Shown piece after piece: positions 54,157 to 63,856 of a DNA stretch of 64,000 bases. How positions within the stretch are numbered: the first letter of the stretch is position 1; each line of letters starts with the position of its first letter. The notes under the pieces were generated by a model. It did no database searches. It worked only from the letters and a program-made list of their open reading frames with translations, and was not told where the DNA came from. The stretch covers positions 1,865 to 65,864 of the forward strand of contig JAFMDS010000005.1 of NCBI GenBank assembly GCA_017857175.1. The letters are read 5' to 3'. A program made the translations under genes and the position numbers. The DNA is from Candidatus Nanopelagicales bacterium (GTDB taxonomy: Bacteria > Actinomycetota > Actinomycetes > S36-B12).

Positions 54157-55089
54157 ATGGATCTTGATTCAATAACGAATTTCATCGACGAGTTCAACAA
54201 AGGTCCCTGGGATGCGCCATTCAAAATCATCCTGATAATTCTTATTTCCCTCGCAGCGTCATCAATTGCAGGGCGCACGATCCGCCGACTGGTAAACCAT
54301 GCGGTGTCCAATGCGCACCATGTTGGACCCTCCCAGTTGAGAAATCTTGAAGACACTCAAGCATTGTCTTCAACGTTACTTGAGAATCGCACATCACAAC
54401 GGGCCCATGCACTCGGCTCACTAGCCCGCAGCGCAACCATCATCTTTATTTGGTCCGTGGCCGTCTTGATGATTCTCTCGGAGTTGGGGTTGAATTTGGG
54501 CCCACTACTTGCAAGCGCCGGAGTACTTGGCGTCGTTCTTGGATTTGGTGCTCAAACATTAGTAGCGGACTACCTCGCAGGCGTTTCCATGACTCTCGAG
54601 GACCAACTGGGAGTTGGCGACGTTGTTGACTGCGGTGTAGTTCTTGGAACCGTAGAAGAGGTGGCACTCCGGTATACGCGAATTCGAGACTTCTATGGTG
54701 TCGTTTGGTACGTGCGTAACGGAACAATCTCCTATATTGCCAATCAATCCCAAGGCTGGACCTACGCCGTTGTTGACATAGCACTCCCTTATGACGCAGA
54801 CCTTGCTGTTGTTGCTCACGTGATTAACACGGCTGGCGAACAGATGGCCGCTGATACGTCGCTAGACAAAATTCTCCTGGACACGCCGGTCTATGCCGGC
54901 ATGGAAGAGGCTCGGGGCGACGCGGTCGTCGTACGAGTCATGGCAAAGGCTGTGCCTGAACAGCAATTTGTGGCTGCCCGCCTCATTCGTGAGCGCGTAA
55001 AAATCTCTTTAGATCGACAGGGGATACATATCCCCCTCAATCACATCACGATCACCGAGCAGCAACCCTCCAGCGCGCCAAATTCCTGA
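54157..55089 (+). CDS. Mechanosensitive ion channel (MscS family)
   Basis: 3 TM segments followed by an MscS beta-domain pattern (..DYLAGVSMTLEDQLGVGDVVD..GTVEEVALRYTRIRD..). ATG 54157 has an AGGAG RBS 6 nt upstream. Confidence 0.85.
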   Translation: MDLDSITNFIDEFNKGPWDAPFKIILIILISLAASSIAGRTIRRLVNHAVSNAHHVGPSQLRNLEDTQALSSTLLENRTSQRAHALGSLARSATIIFIWSVAVLMILSELGLNLGPLLASAGVLGVVLGFGAQTLVADYLAGVSMTLEDQLGVGDVVDCGVVLGTVEEVALRYTRIRDFYGVVWYVRNGTISYIANQSQGWTYAVVDIALPYDADLAVVAHVINTAGEQMAADTSLDKILLDTPVYAGMEEARGDAVVVRVMAKAVPEQQFVAARLIRERVKISLDRQGIHIPLNHITITEQQPSSAPNS

Positions 55090-55109
55090 ACTCACGCCAC
55101 ACTATTGTC

Positions 55110-56639
55110 ATGTCCGCCGTGAACGATGATCGTCCCATCTATCTGGTCACAGGTGCCACCGGTTATGTAGGTGGGCGCCTTGTGGGGTACTTGATCAGTG
55201 AGGGTGCCAGAGTTCGGGTACTTGCACGCCACCCAGAACGCTTACGAGACTTCCCTTGGGCTGACCAGATCGAGGTCGCGGTAGGAGATGCAGGTGACCC
55301 TGAATCTCTCCGCGCAGCCATGGCGGGTGTCAATGTCGCCTACTACCTGCTGCACTCCCTGCAGGAAGGCAAACAACTCGAATACGAAGAGGGCCGAATT
55401 TCACAGAATTTTGCCAACTGCGCTAAAGAAGCCGGTGTACAGCGGATCGTTTACCTTGGCGGCTTGGCGCCCGATATTGCCGCACACAAGATGTCACCGC
55501 ACATGCGATCACGGGTTGATGTTGGCCGCATTCTCGGTGAATCTGGGATTCCTACAATTGAATTAAGAGCCGCAATCATTATCGGCTCAGGTTCGGCGTC
55601 ATTTGAAATGCTGCGTTATCTGACAGAGCGTTTGCCCGCCATGATCACACCTCGCTGGGTTCGGACAAAAACTCAGCCAATTGCAGTCAGAGACGTTTTG
55701 CGGTATCTGGTCAAAGCAGCACAACTGCCGCCGGAGATCAGCCGCACCTTTGATATTGGCGGGCCCGATGTGTTGAGTTACCAAGACATGATGCAGGGCT
55801 ATGCCCGCGCGGCGGGACTCCCCGCCCGACTCATTTTGCCCATCAACCTGCTTTCACCACGCTTGTCAAGTCACTGGGTTGGCCTCGTCACGCCTGTTCC
55901 CCGCGCAATCGCACGTCCGCTGGTTCGTTCCTTGAAACATCCCGCGATCTGTCGCGAAGATGACATTAAGCAATACATCCCTGACCCTCCAGACGGCCTA
56001 ATCCCCTTCGAGAAAGCGGTCAGCCTCGCCCTGACACGGGTGCGCGAGGCTCAAGTCGCAACCCGCTGGTCCAGTGCCAGTACACCAGGGGCGCCAAGTG
56101 AGCCTCTTTCAAGTGACCCCGGTTGGGCCGGTGGAACCCTCTATGAAGATGTCCGCGTACTCGATACCACGGCCACTCCCGAGCAATTGTGGGCGGCTGT
56201 CGACCGGATTGGTGGCGCTAATGGCTGGTATTCAGCCAGCTTGCTCTGGGAGGTACGCGGGCTCATCGATCGCGCCTTTGGCGGGGTGGGCTTGCGCCGC
56301 GGTCGGCGCGATCCCAATCACCTCATGGTGGGCGAGGCAGTTGATTTCTGGAGGGTTGAAGAGCGCATTGTTCCTAAACAACTGCGCTTACGCGCCGAAA
56401 TGAAAATGCCAGGCCGAGCATGGCTGGAATTCAACGTCAGCGCCAACGAGTCTGGTGGATCTACGCTTACCCAACGGGCCGTTTATTGGCCAAAGGGCCT
56501 AACCGGACATATGTATTGGTGGTCCGTCGCGCCATTCCATGCTTTTGTCTTCCCGCCCATGACCCGCCATTTGGTGGAGAGCGCTGAGTCAACACCGCTG
56601 ACACATGCAACAAAGGAATCAGACACAATCGGGTTGTGA
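55110..56639 (+). CDS. NAD(P)-binding (NmrA/SDR-like) protein fused to a DUF2867-like C-terminal domain
   Basis: Rossmann motif VTGATGYVGGRL at the N-terminus. The C-terminal half resembles DUF2867 (recalled). 509 aa. Confidence 0.65.
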   Translation: MSAVNDDRPIYLVTGATGYVGGRLVGYLISEGARVRVLARHPERLRDFPWADQIEVAVGDAGDPESLRAAMAGVNVAYYLLHSLQEGKQLEYEEGRISQNFANCAKEAGVQRIVYLGGLAPDIAAHKMSPHMRSRVDVGRILGESGIPTIELRAAIIIGSGSASFEMLRYLTERLPAMITPRWVRTKTQPIAVRDVLRYLVKAAQLPPEISRTFDIGGPDVLSYQDMMQGYARAAGLPARLILPINLLSPRLSSHWVGLVTPVPRAIARPLVRSLKHPAICREDDIKQYIPDPPDGLIPFEKAVSLALTRVREAQVATRWSSASTPGAPSEPLSSDPGWAGGTLYEDVRVLDTTATPEQLWAAVDRIGGANGWYSASLLWEVRGLIDRAFGGVGLRRGRRDPNHLMVGEAVDFWRVEERIVPKQLRLRAEMKMPGRAWLEFNVSANESGGSTLTQRAVYWPKGLTGHMYWWSVAPFHAFVFPPMTRHLVESAESTPLTHATKESDTIGL

Positions 56640-57076
56640 CCGATAACACCAGCGCACCCGAACCCAGCCCTTACGACCTGTTCGGGGGGCACGAATTCTT
56701 TCAAAGCTTGGTGCACAACTTCTACCAACGCGTGCCCAACGACCCTGTTTTGAGTGCGATGTACCCCTCACAGGATTACGAGGGAGCCGAATGGCGACTT
56801 CGGTCATTTCTCGAGCAGTACTGGGGCGGGCCCACAACCTACAGCGAAGAACGTGGTCACCCACGGCTGCGTATGCGGCACGCAGGCTTCCACATTGATG
56901 GTGAAGCTCGTGACCGCTGGCTGGCGGTAATGGCAGCTGCCGTTCAGGAACAGGGGATGCCTGCGCACTTGGAAGCCGAGTTGTGGAAGTATCTGGTGGC
57001 TGCCGCTTACGGCATGCAAAATGTGCCAGACGAATCACCAGAAATCCAGCAAGAAATACCTATCTCGGAGGTTTAA
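56636..57076 (+). CDS. glbO: Group II truncated haemoglobin
   Basis: About 145 aa, with FFQSLVHNFYQRVPNDPVL..MYP...RLRMRH typical of trHbO. GTGA start/stop overlap with the upstream gene. Confidence 0.85.
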   Translation: MTDNTSAPEPSPYDLFGGHEFFQSLVHNFYQRVPNDPVLSAMYPSQDYEGAEWRLRSFLEQYWGGPTTYSEERGHPRLRMRHAGFHIDGEARDRWLAVMAAAVQEQGMPAHLEAELWKYLVAAAYGMQNVPDESPEIQQEIPISEV

Positions 57077-57078
57077 TC

Positions 57079-58773
57079 GTGCCCTCAGGTGCCAATCAGT
57101 GGTGGCGTGACGCTGTCATTTATCAGGTCTACCCACGCTCATTTGCAGACTCCGATGGCGATGGTCTGGGCGACATTCCCGGCATCGTGAGCCGACTGGA
57201 TTACCTTCAGAATCTCGGTGTCGATGCAGTCTGGATCTCGCCGTTCTATGAATCCCCCTTGCTCGACGGCGGGTACGACGTCACCGACTACCGCATGGTG
57301 GATAGCCGCCTGGGTAGCGTTAACGACATTGAAGAACTCATTACATCGGCCCATGATCGTGGCATGAAGGTCTTCATGGACATCGTGCCGAACCATACGA
57401 GTAGTTCGCATGCATGGTTCCAAGAAGTCTTGCATTCGGAGCCTGGATCCGCCGCTTGGGATCGATACGTGATCAGAGAAGGCAAGGGTGAGAACAATGA
57501 ACTCCCACCAACAAACTGGCAGAGCGTTTTTCATGGTGATGCTTGGTCGCCGCTGGTTTTGGCCAACGGGGAAAAAACCAAGTACTGGTATCTCCATATT
57601 TTTGATTCCTCTCAACCAGATGTGAACTGGGAAAACCAAGAGGTTCGCGCGGAATTCCTCGACATTCTGCGTTTCTGGTTCGATCTCGGCATTGACGGTT
57701 TCCGAATTGACGTCGCGCACGGCCTCATCAAGGACCAAAGCTTCCCTGATGTCGATTACGACTCCATTCCCGAGCAAGAATTACTCGGTGACCCAATTTT
57801 CAGCCCATTCTGGGATCAAGACGGAGTTCATGAGGTGTATCGCGAGTGGCGCAAACTCGCCGACACTTATGAACCACCACGAGTTTTCTGTGGCGAGACA
57901 TGGGCACCAACTCCGGAACGTCTAGCGCTGTACCAGCGTCCGGATGAACTCCATACTTCATTCAACTTTGATTATCTGCGGGCAGGTTTTGACGCAGCAA
58001 AGTTGCAGGAGTCAGTTGATTCCACGCTCATCAATCACAAGAAAGTCGGCGCACCAGCCACCTGGGTACTGTCCAATCACGACATTGTTCGACATGCAAC
58101 TCGTTTAGCACCTGGCCAGAGTGAGCATCCAACCGCGCAACCAACACCAGATGCCGCCAATCACGGATTGGCACGCGCTCGCGCCGCAACTCTGTTCACC
58201 CTCGGATTGCCTGGTTCAACATACCTCTATCAGGGAGAAGAACTTGGTCTGCCCGAAGTCCTCGATCTCCCAGGTGATGCCCGACAGGATCCCCTCTGGT
58301 TTCGCAGCAAGGGCAAAGAAATCGGCCGCGATGGGTGCCGAGTGCCTATCCCATGGTCAGGCGATATTCCTTCTTATGGTTTTGGCCCTGGTGAACAATC
58401 TTGGCTGCCGCAGCCAGAGTTATGGGCCAGCCTGAGTGTGCAGGCTCAGGAATCCGATGACACCACTCTGAACTTCTACCGCAGTGCATTGGCCCGGCGC
58501 CGCCAAGAGCCATCGACTGGCGACGGCGACTTTGAGTGGCGCGATCCCAGTGGCGAGGATGACGGAGTGCTCAAGGTGATCGCCTATCGGCGTCCAGATT
58601 CGAAGCTACCGTTAACGTGCGTTCTTAATACCAGCGAGCGCAACTTCTCACTTCCCGTCGACTTCGGAACGGAATTGCTTCAGGCATCAGGGCCCGAGGT
58701 GGCTCTGGTCGACTCTGATGATGGAGAACACCTTGTGCTTGGACCAGAGACTTGCATCTGGATTCGCGGCTAA
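57079..58773 (+). CDS. GH13 alpha-glucosidase / oligo-1,6-glucosidase family
   Basis: WWRDAVIYQVYPRSFADSDGDGLGD, DAVWISPF, GFRIDVAHG (region II) and other GH13 blocks. GTG 57079 has a GGAGG RBS directly after the glbO stop. The track start at 56983 overlaps glbO. Confidence 0.88.
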   Translation: MPSGANQWWRDAVIYQVYPRSFADSDGDGLGDIPGIVSRLDYLQNLGVDAVWISPFYESPLLDGGYDVTDYRMVDSRLGSVNDIEELITSAHDRGMKVFMDIVPNHTSSSHAWFQEVLHSEPGSAAWDRYVIREGKGENNELPPTNWQSVFHGDAWSPLVLANGEKTKYWYLHIFDSSQPDVNWENQEVRAEFLDILRFWFDLGIDGFRIDVAHGLIKDQSFPDVDYDSIPEQELLGDPIFSPFWDQDGVHEVYREWRKLADTYEPPRVFCGETWAPTPERLALYQRPDELHTSFNFDYLRAGFDAAKLQESVDSTLINHKKVGAPATWVLSNHDIVRHATRLAPGQSEHPTAQPTPDAANHGLARARAATLFTLGLPGSTYLYQGEELGLPEVLDLPGDARQDPLWFRSKGKEIGRDGCRVPIPWSGDIPSYGFGPGEQSWLPQPELWASLSVQAQESDDTTLNFYRSALARRRQEPSTGDGDFEWRDPSGEDDGVLKVIAYRRPDSKLPLTCVLNTSERNFSLPVDFGTELLQASGPEVALVDSDDGEHLVLGPETCIWIRG

Positions 58774-58785
58774 CTCAGAGAGAGC

Positions 58786-59436
58786 TCAATTCACAATTCG
58801 CAGACCCGTGCGGGCTGCAGGTCCCGTGGCGTACGCGAACACTTGTCCCCGCGGAGTGCTGAGCCGTTTCCATGGACCACATGTGGCCGCGCTCACCTTG
58901 ACCGGCTCATTCCAGAGCAGTTGAAGGCGAACGGCAGCGTGCAGCATTCGCACTGGCAGCCCGGCCCAGCCTGGACGCTCCCAGATTTCATCCGCTAAGT
59001 CAGACATTCCCCGCTCGCCCAAGCCCTTACTGCGACGGTCGAATTCTTCTGCTGCCTCGTTAACAATTGGGACAATGTCGCTAGCCAGAGCTGTCATGGG
59101 AATCTGCCAACCATTTGTTGGTGGCATTTCGACCAGGGATGTTCCCGCTAATGATTCAACAGCTTCAAGGGCGTTGAGGTCAATCTTCGGGCTTTGGTCA
59201 TTCATCAACAGATTTAACAACGAACTTGCATGAACGATTCGATCAAAAGGTGCAGCGCCACCAATTGTGGCTGGCATAGCGATAAATACATGAACATCAA
59301 GTGGTAGCGCGGAATAGAAACCAACGGCAGAGGGAGATGTCACTACTCGAAGTACGAGCGATGGTTTCCACTCAATCTGTTTTTCGATGAGACCAACGAG
59401 CGTGCGTCGCTCGGTGGCTCCTAGTTCAATCTGCAC
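58786..59436 (-). CDS. Conserved hypothetical protein
   Basis: 216 aa, soluble, no motif recognised. It lies 3 nt after the thioesterase stop. Confidence 0.5.
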   Translation of the reverse strand: MQIELGATERRTLVGLIEKQIEWKPSLVLRVVTSPSAVGFYSALPLDVHVFIAMPATIGGAAPFDRIVHASSLLNLLMNDQSPKIDLNALEAVESLAGTSLVEMPPTNGWQIPMTALASDIVPIVNEAAEEFDRRSKGLGERGMSDLADEIWERPGWAGLPVRMLHAAVRLQLLWNEPVKVSAATCGPWKRLSTPRGQVFAYATGPAARTGLRIVN

Positions 59437-59439
59437 GAA

Positions 59440-59838
59440 TTACTCCAGTTCAGCGACGGCGAGAAGTGCTTCGCGCATCTTAGGTGGAATGGGCACTGCT
59501 TTGTCATTATCAAAGCACACCATGACACTTTCCGCCTCTGCATTAAGAATTCCCTGCTCATTGATGATTCGGTAATTCAGATGATATGACGTACGTCCAA
59601 TGGCACTTACCCACACTTCAATGGTCAAAGGTTCCAACGAGTAATGAATTGGTTTGCGAAAATCAATTGATTGGTGGGCCATCACTTGACTGAAGTTGAC
59701 GACTTCGAGGTACCCGATTTCGTGCAACGCCCTGATTCGAGCTTCCTGCAAATAATCAAGGAACACGGTGTTGTTGACATGGCCCAACGGATCCAAATCA
59801 CTAAACCTGCGAGCAACATGCGTGATGATTACGGTCAC
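59440..59838 (-). CDS. Acyl-CoA thioesterase (4HBT/YbgC-like hotdog fold)
   Basis: 132 aa. The N-terminal DLDPLGHVNNTVFLDY motif is typical of 4HBT thioesterases. Confidence 0.8.
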   Translation of the reverse strand: MTVIITHVARRFSDLDPLGHVNNTVFLDYLQEARIRALHEIGYLEVVNFSQVMAHQSIDFRKPIHYSLEPLTIEVWVSAIGRTSYHLNYRIINEQGILNAEAESVMVCFDNDKAVPIPPKMREALLAVAELE

Positions 59839-59847
59839 TGGCGTTTC

Positions 59848-61542
59848 CTAATCGCGAGTCAGCTTGCGGTATGTCGCACGATGTGGGCGTGCAGCTTCTT
59901 CACCCAATCGTTCGATCTTGTTCTTTTCATAGGACTCGAAGTTGCCCTCGAACCAGAACCATTGCGAGTCGCCTTCGTAGGCCAGGATGTGTGTGGCGAT
60001 TCGGTCAAGGAACCAGCGGTCATGGGATGTGATCACCGCGCAGCCTGGAAATTCCAGGAGGGCCTTTTCCAAGGAACCAAGGGTCTCAACATCGAGGTCG
60101 TTTGTGGGTTCATCGAGCAGGAGAAGGTTGCCCCCCATCTTCAGTGTGAGTGCGAGGTTCAGTCGGTTTCTTTCACCACCGGACAGAACCTTGGCCTGCT
60201 TTTGCTGATCTGGTCCCTTGAAGCCAAAAACTGAGACGTAAGCGCGCGATGGCATTTCAACATTGCCCACCTTGATCCAGTCCAGACCATCTGAGACAAC
60301 TTCCCAGACATTCTTAGTTGCATCAAGACCTGAACGGGTCTGATCCACGTATGACAGCTTGACCGTCTCCCCCACCTTGATCTCACCTGAAGTTGGCAGA
60401 TTGTCTTTATCAGTGTCACCCGTGGCTGCGGCAACGATCATTTTGAACAGGGTTGTCTTTCCAACACCGTTCGGGCCAATCACACCAACGATGCCATTTC
60501 GCGGGAGGGTAAATGAAAGATTGTCAATGAGGAGACGATCATCAAAGCCTTTGGTTAACCCCTTGGCTTCAACAACAACGGAACCCAGACGCGGGCCTGG
60601 GGGAATCTGGATTTCTTCCATGTCCATCTTCCGAGTTTTTTCAGCCTCTGTTGCCATTTCCTCGTATCGATCCAAACGTGCGCGCGACTTGGTTTGGCGC
60701 GCCTTAGCATTGGACCGAACCCATTCGAGTTCATCAGTCAAACGCTTTTGAAGCTTGACGTCTTTCGCGCCTTCAACCTTCAAACGGGCAGCCTTTGTTT
60801 CCAGATAGGTGGTGTAGTTGCCTTCATAGGGGTAAGCACGGCCGCGATCGAGCTCAAGGATCCATTCAGCCACGTTGTCGAGGAAGTACCGATCGTGCGT
60901 GATTGCAATAACGGTGCCCGGGTATTTTTCTAGGTGTTGCTCTAGCCACTGGACACTCTCGGCATCCAGATGGTTGGTGGGTTCATCGAGCAATAGCAAA
61001 CTTGGCTGGCGAAGCAGTAATTGGCATAAAGCAACGCGGCGCTTCTCGCCACCGGATAGAACTGATATGTCAGCATCGCCCGGTGGGCAACGCAGTGCAT
61101 CCATGGCTTGCTCGAGTTGATTGTCCAAGTCCCATGCATTGCGATGGTCAATTTCCTCCTGCAACTTGCCCATTTCGGCCAACAAGGAGTCGTAGTCAGC
61201 ATCGGGCTCAGCAAGTTCCACGGAAATCTGGTTAAAGCGGTCAACCATTGCCTTGGTCTCTGAAACACCTTCTTGCACATTCTCGAGCACCGATTTTGAC
61301 TCATCAAGCTTGGGTTCCTGCATCAAGATGCCGACCGTGAACCCTTCATGCAATTTGGCCTCACCGTTGGAGACATCGTCAATCCCCGCCATGATCTTTA
61401 ACAGGCTCGACTTTCCCGCGCCATTGGGACCAACGACACCGATCTTGGCGCCCGGCAGGAAGGACAGCGTCACGTTGTCCAAGACAACTTTGTCACCATG
61501 GGCTTTGCGCGCTTTTTGCAAGGTATAAATGAACTCGGCCAT
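59848..61542 (-). CDS. ettA: ABC-F translational throttle EttA
   Basis: MAEFIYTLQKARKAHGDKVVLDNVTLSF.., two Walker A motifs (GPNGAGKSS, GPNGVGKTT) and two LSGGE signatures. 564 aa with no TM domains. Confidence 0.93.
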   Translation of the reverse strand: MAEFIYTLQKARKAHGDKVVLDNVTLSFLPGAKIGVVGPNGAGKSSLLKIMAGIDDVSNGEAKLHEGFTVGILMQEPKLDESKSVLENVQEGVSETKAMVDRFNQISVELAEPDADYDSLLAEMGKLQEEIDHRNAWDLDNQLEQAMDALRCPPGDADISVLSGGEKRRVALCQLLLRQPSLLLLDEPTNHLDAESVQWLEQHLEKYPGTVIAITHDRYFLDNVAEWILELDRGRAYPYEGNYTTYLETKAARLKVEGAKDVKLQKRLTDELEWVRSNAKARQTKSRARLDRYEEMATEAEKTRKMDMEEIQIPPGPRLGSVVVEAKGLTKGFDDRLLIDNLSFTLPRNGIVGVIGPNGVGKTTLFKMIVAAATGDTDKDNLPTSGEIKVGETVKLSYVDQTRSGLDATKNVWEVVSDGLDWIKVGNVEMPSRAYVSVFGFKGPDQQKQAKVLSGGERNRLNLALTLKMGGNLLLLDEPTNDLDVETLGSLEKALLEFPGCAVITSHDRWFLDRIATHILAYEGDSQWFWFEGNFESYEKNKIERLGEEAARPHRATYRKLTRD

Positions 61543-61650
61543 AGCATGAAAGCCTAGTGTGACAACGAATCACAAGCTTCACGCCCTGACTCAACTAACC
61601 AACTGCGACACTAAGGCGTCTATCACACCTCAGTGCCGCAGCGACAAAGG

Positions 61651-62157
61651 TTAAACCGCAATGATTTCGCCTGTTTCGAGGTCAACGGACTCTTCATTTG
61701 ATCCCATTTGATCCAAGTAGTCCACTGCATCTTGGCCCAGGACGTCGGCCAACATACGCCGCTCACTTTCTACGACAGACTCACGCTTCACTCGGGTAAA
61801 CACGGCAGTTCCTCTGGATAGGTCGGGGCCAACGGCAGTTGCCTCAATGTCCACGTAGCGCATCACATGCGTGTGGTCACCGCATTCCTTTTCATGCTCA
61901 CGACTACGCATGCGACCGTTGACGATCACGGGCATGCCTTTCATGAGACTTGCGGAGGCATTGTGAGCCATGTTGCGCCAACAACTTACCGTGAAGTAGT
62001 GGGTATCGCCATCGATCCAACGTTCATTGCCGCGATCAAATCTGCGTGTTGTACTCGCAACCCGAAATGAGGCCACGGCCTCACCCGATGCCGTGAATCG
62101 CAGTTCCACATCATTAACCAAATTTCCCAGAACAGTTATTCCAATATCGTTCATCAC
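61651..62157 (-). CDS. Single-stranded DNA-binding protein paralogue (SsbB-like, no acidic C-terminal tip)
   Basis: OB-fold N-terminus (ITVLGNLVNDVELRFTASGEAVASFRVAST..). It lacks the Gly-rich linker and the D-D-(I/P)-P-F tail. Adjacency to ettA matches actinobacterial synteny as recalled. Confidence 0.75.
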   Translation of the reverse strand: MMNDIGITVLGNLVNDVELRFTASGEAVASFRVASTTRRFDRGNERWIDGDTHYFTVSCWRNMAHNASASLMKGMPVIVNGRMRSREHEKECGDHTHVMRYVDIEATAVGPDLSRGTAVFTRVKRESVVESERRMLADVLGQDAVDYLDQMGSNEESVDLETGEIIAV

Positions 62158-62337
62158 TTACCTCATCTTCCCTTGTAGCACTTTTATAAGTGCGATTAAT
62201 GGAAAGGATCAACTAAAGCGTGGTTCGATTGAACCTCAATACTTGAGCTGTGGATGTGGGACAACAAATTTGCAACGTGTGGATATCCACTCAGTCAATT
62301 GACTCACTGATTAGCGTCCTTTAACAACTGGCACACT

Positions 62338-62766
62338 GTGCATGTGCTCACCACAGTCGGTCGCTTTTCTTTAGGCGTTTTTCTTATTTTTGCTGCGCTC
62401 GGACACTTTATTTCAGCCAATGAATTTCTCGCCCAAGTCCCGCCATGGATGCCTGCCCCAGAACTTGTGGTTCTGCTCTCCGGCGTTATTGAACTCGTGC
62501 TTGGCTGTGCGATCATTTTTTCCCCAAAAAAATGGCTGCCAACGATTGGATGGACAACAGCAGCATTCTTTGTCGCAATTTTCCCTGGAAACCTGTGGCA
62601 ATATTTCGAAGGCCGGGACGCTTTTGGGCTTGATTCAGATACCGCCCGATTTGCACGATTGATCTTCCAGCCATTACTCATTATTTGGGCGCTCTGGGCC
62701 ACCGGGGCCTTTACGTCTCGGCGGAATCAAAAACCACCACATGCTGAACAAGAGCCCAACAGTTGA
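62338..62766 (+). CDS. DoxX-like family small membrane protein
   Basis: 142 aa with 4 TM segments (..LGVFLIFAALGHF..VIELVLGCAIIF..). GTG start. The family call is tentative. Confidence 0.5.
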   Translation: MHVLTTVGRFSLGVFLIFAALGHFISANEFLAQVPPWMPAPELVVLLSGVIELVLGCAIIFSPKKWLPTIGWTTAAFFVAIFPGNLWQYFEGRDAFGLDSDTARFARLIFQPLLIIWALWATGAFTSRRNQKPPHAEQEPNS

Positions 62767-62922
62767 ATTCCTGAGTTAGCCCCGCCATCAGCACGTTGAC
62801 ACCTGAGTCATCTCATTTCCACTTATTTTTGATCTTGAATCTACCCGTTTCATTCACCGGGATTGACATGGAGTTCAGCCGTGTGGGAGCAACCATCAAC
62901 CATAAAGATTCCTGCGGAAAGT

Positions 62923-62957
62923 GAACGACCCGAGTGCTTTAAGCACTCGGGTCGTTC
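62923..62957. terminator. Perfect 15-bp stem / 5-nt loop hairpin between the convergent doxX-like and rhodopsin genes (likely bidirectional terminator)
   Basis: GAACGACCCGAGTGC-TTTAA-GCACTCGGGTCGTTC, every pair checked by hand. A second 7-bp hairpin (62969-62985, CAACACT-TGA-AGTGTTG) follows, then a T-rich run. U-tracts are weak on both strands. Confidence 0.6.
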
Positions 62958-62992
62958 GCGAACCTCAACAACACTTGAAGTGTTGGTCTTTG

Positions 62993-63856
62993 TTACTTGC
63001 TGGACGGTGCTTCTTCCATTTCGTCTGCGCGGAATTCTGGTGAATCCACAGCACTCTTCTCGCGGGCAATCTTGTAGATCAAGAGACCGAAGAGGCACTT
63101 GGCAAGGATGTCAGCGATCGAATAGCCCACTTGTCGAGCCACGAAAGCATCGGCGCCCTCAAATCCGAACATTGGGAACATGTAGGAGATTGGGTAGACA
63201 CCCCATGTGGCGAGCAGCAACCAGCGAAGGCCATTGACGTCCTTGCCGACCTGCTCTGGCTGTGTCTTGGAGGCTCGAGTGAGCTCGACAAAGAGAATGT
63301 AAAGAATGTAGAGGAATGGAATCGTGGAAAGCGCTCCCCAAATTCCCTTTGCCATTGTGTCGGTGGCAAGTTCGCCCGGGTATCCGAGAATGATCATCAA
63401 CGCTGAGGCCGGGATCAGTTTCATCAAAAGGCTCTTACGTGTCTGGCGAGGAAGTGCCAAAACTGCAATTGCTTCAAAGAGCAACAGTGGCACTGTGAGC
63501 AACCAGTCTACGTAGCGGTAGCCCTCGTTGAAGCCCTCACCGTTGACGAGGGCGTAACGCATGGCGTCCGAACTCGCGGCCAGTTCACCCGCGTCAATGG
63601 CGACGAAGCTGTGACGGAATGAATCAAAGATTCTGTAGTAATGGTAGGCCGCAATCAAACACACCATTGCCGAGACGACAAGTGCTTGACGGTACCGTGC
63701 AAGTACGCGACCTTGGACAACCAAGAGAAACACAAAAGTCACCAGCATTGACGCCAATGCGAGTGACAGCACGTTATATACGGTTTGAAATTGGTTATAA
63801 GAGAGTTCAAAAACTTCCATCGAAAAAGCCTCCATTTGTTCGCTATTTGCGTACAT
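62993..63856 (-). CDS. Microbial rhodopsin, DTE-motif outward proton pump (actinorhodopsin/xanthorhodopsin-like)
   Basis: 7 TM segments. Helix C RYVDWLLTVPLLLFE has D, T(+4) and E(+11), corresponding to proteorhodopsin D97/T101/E108. Leu sits at the +8 spectral-tuning position. Helix G SIADILAKCLFGLLI carries the Schiff-base Lys. ATG 63856 with GGAG 6 nt upstream is preferred over GTG 63868. Confidence 0.9.
   Translation of the reverse strand: MYANSEQMEAFSMEVFELSYNQFQTVYNVLSLALASMLVTFVFLLVVQGRVLARYRQALVVSAMVCLIAAYHYYRIFDSFRHSFVAIDAGELAASSDAMRYALVNGEGFNEGYRYVDWLLTVPLLLFEAIAVLALPRQTRKSLLMKLIPASALMIILGYPGELATDTMAKGIWGALSTIPFLYILYILFVELTRASKTQPEQVGKDVNGLRWLLLATWGVYPISYMFPMFGFEGADAFVARQVGYSIADILAKCLFGLLIYKIAREKSAVDSPEFRADEMEEAPSSK

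Noticed and set aside
56983-57078. A 32-codon 5' extension of the GH13 glucosidase.
   Set aside because: It overlaps the 3' end of glbO in another frame. GTG 57079 sits directly after the glbO stop with a GGAGG RBS, and the GH13 conserved N-terminus (WWRDAVIYQVYPRSF) begins right there.
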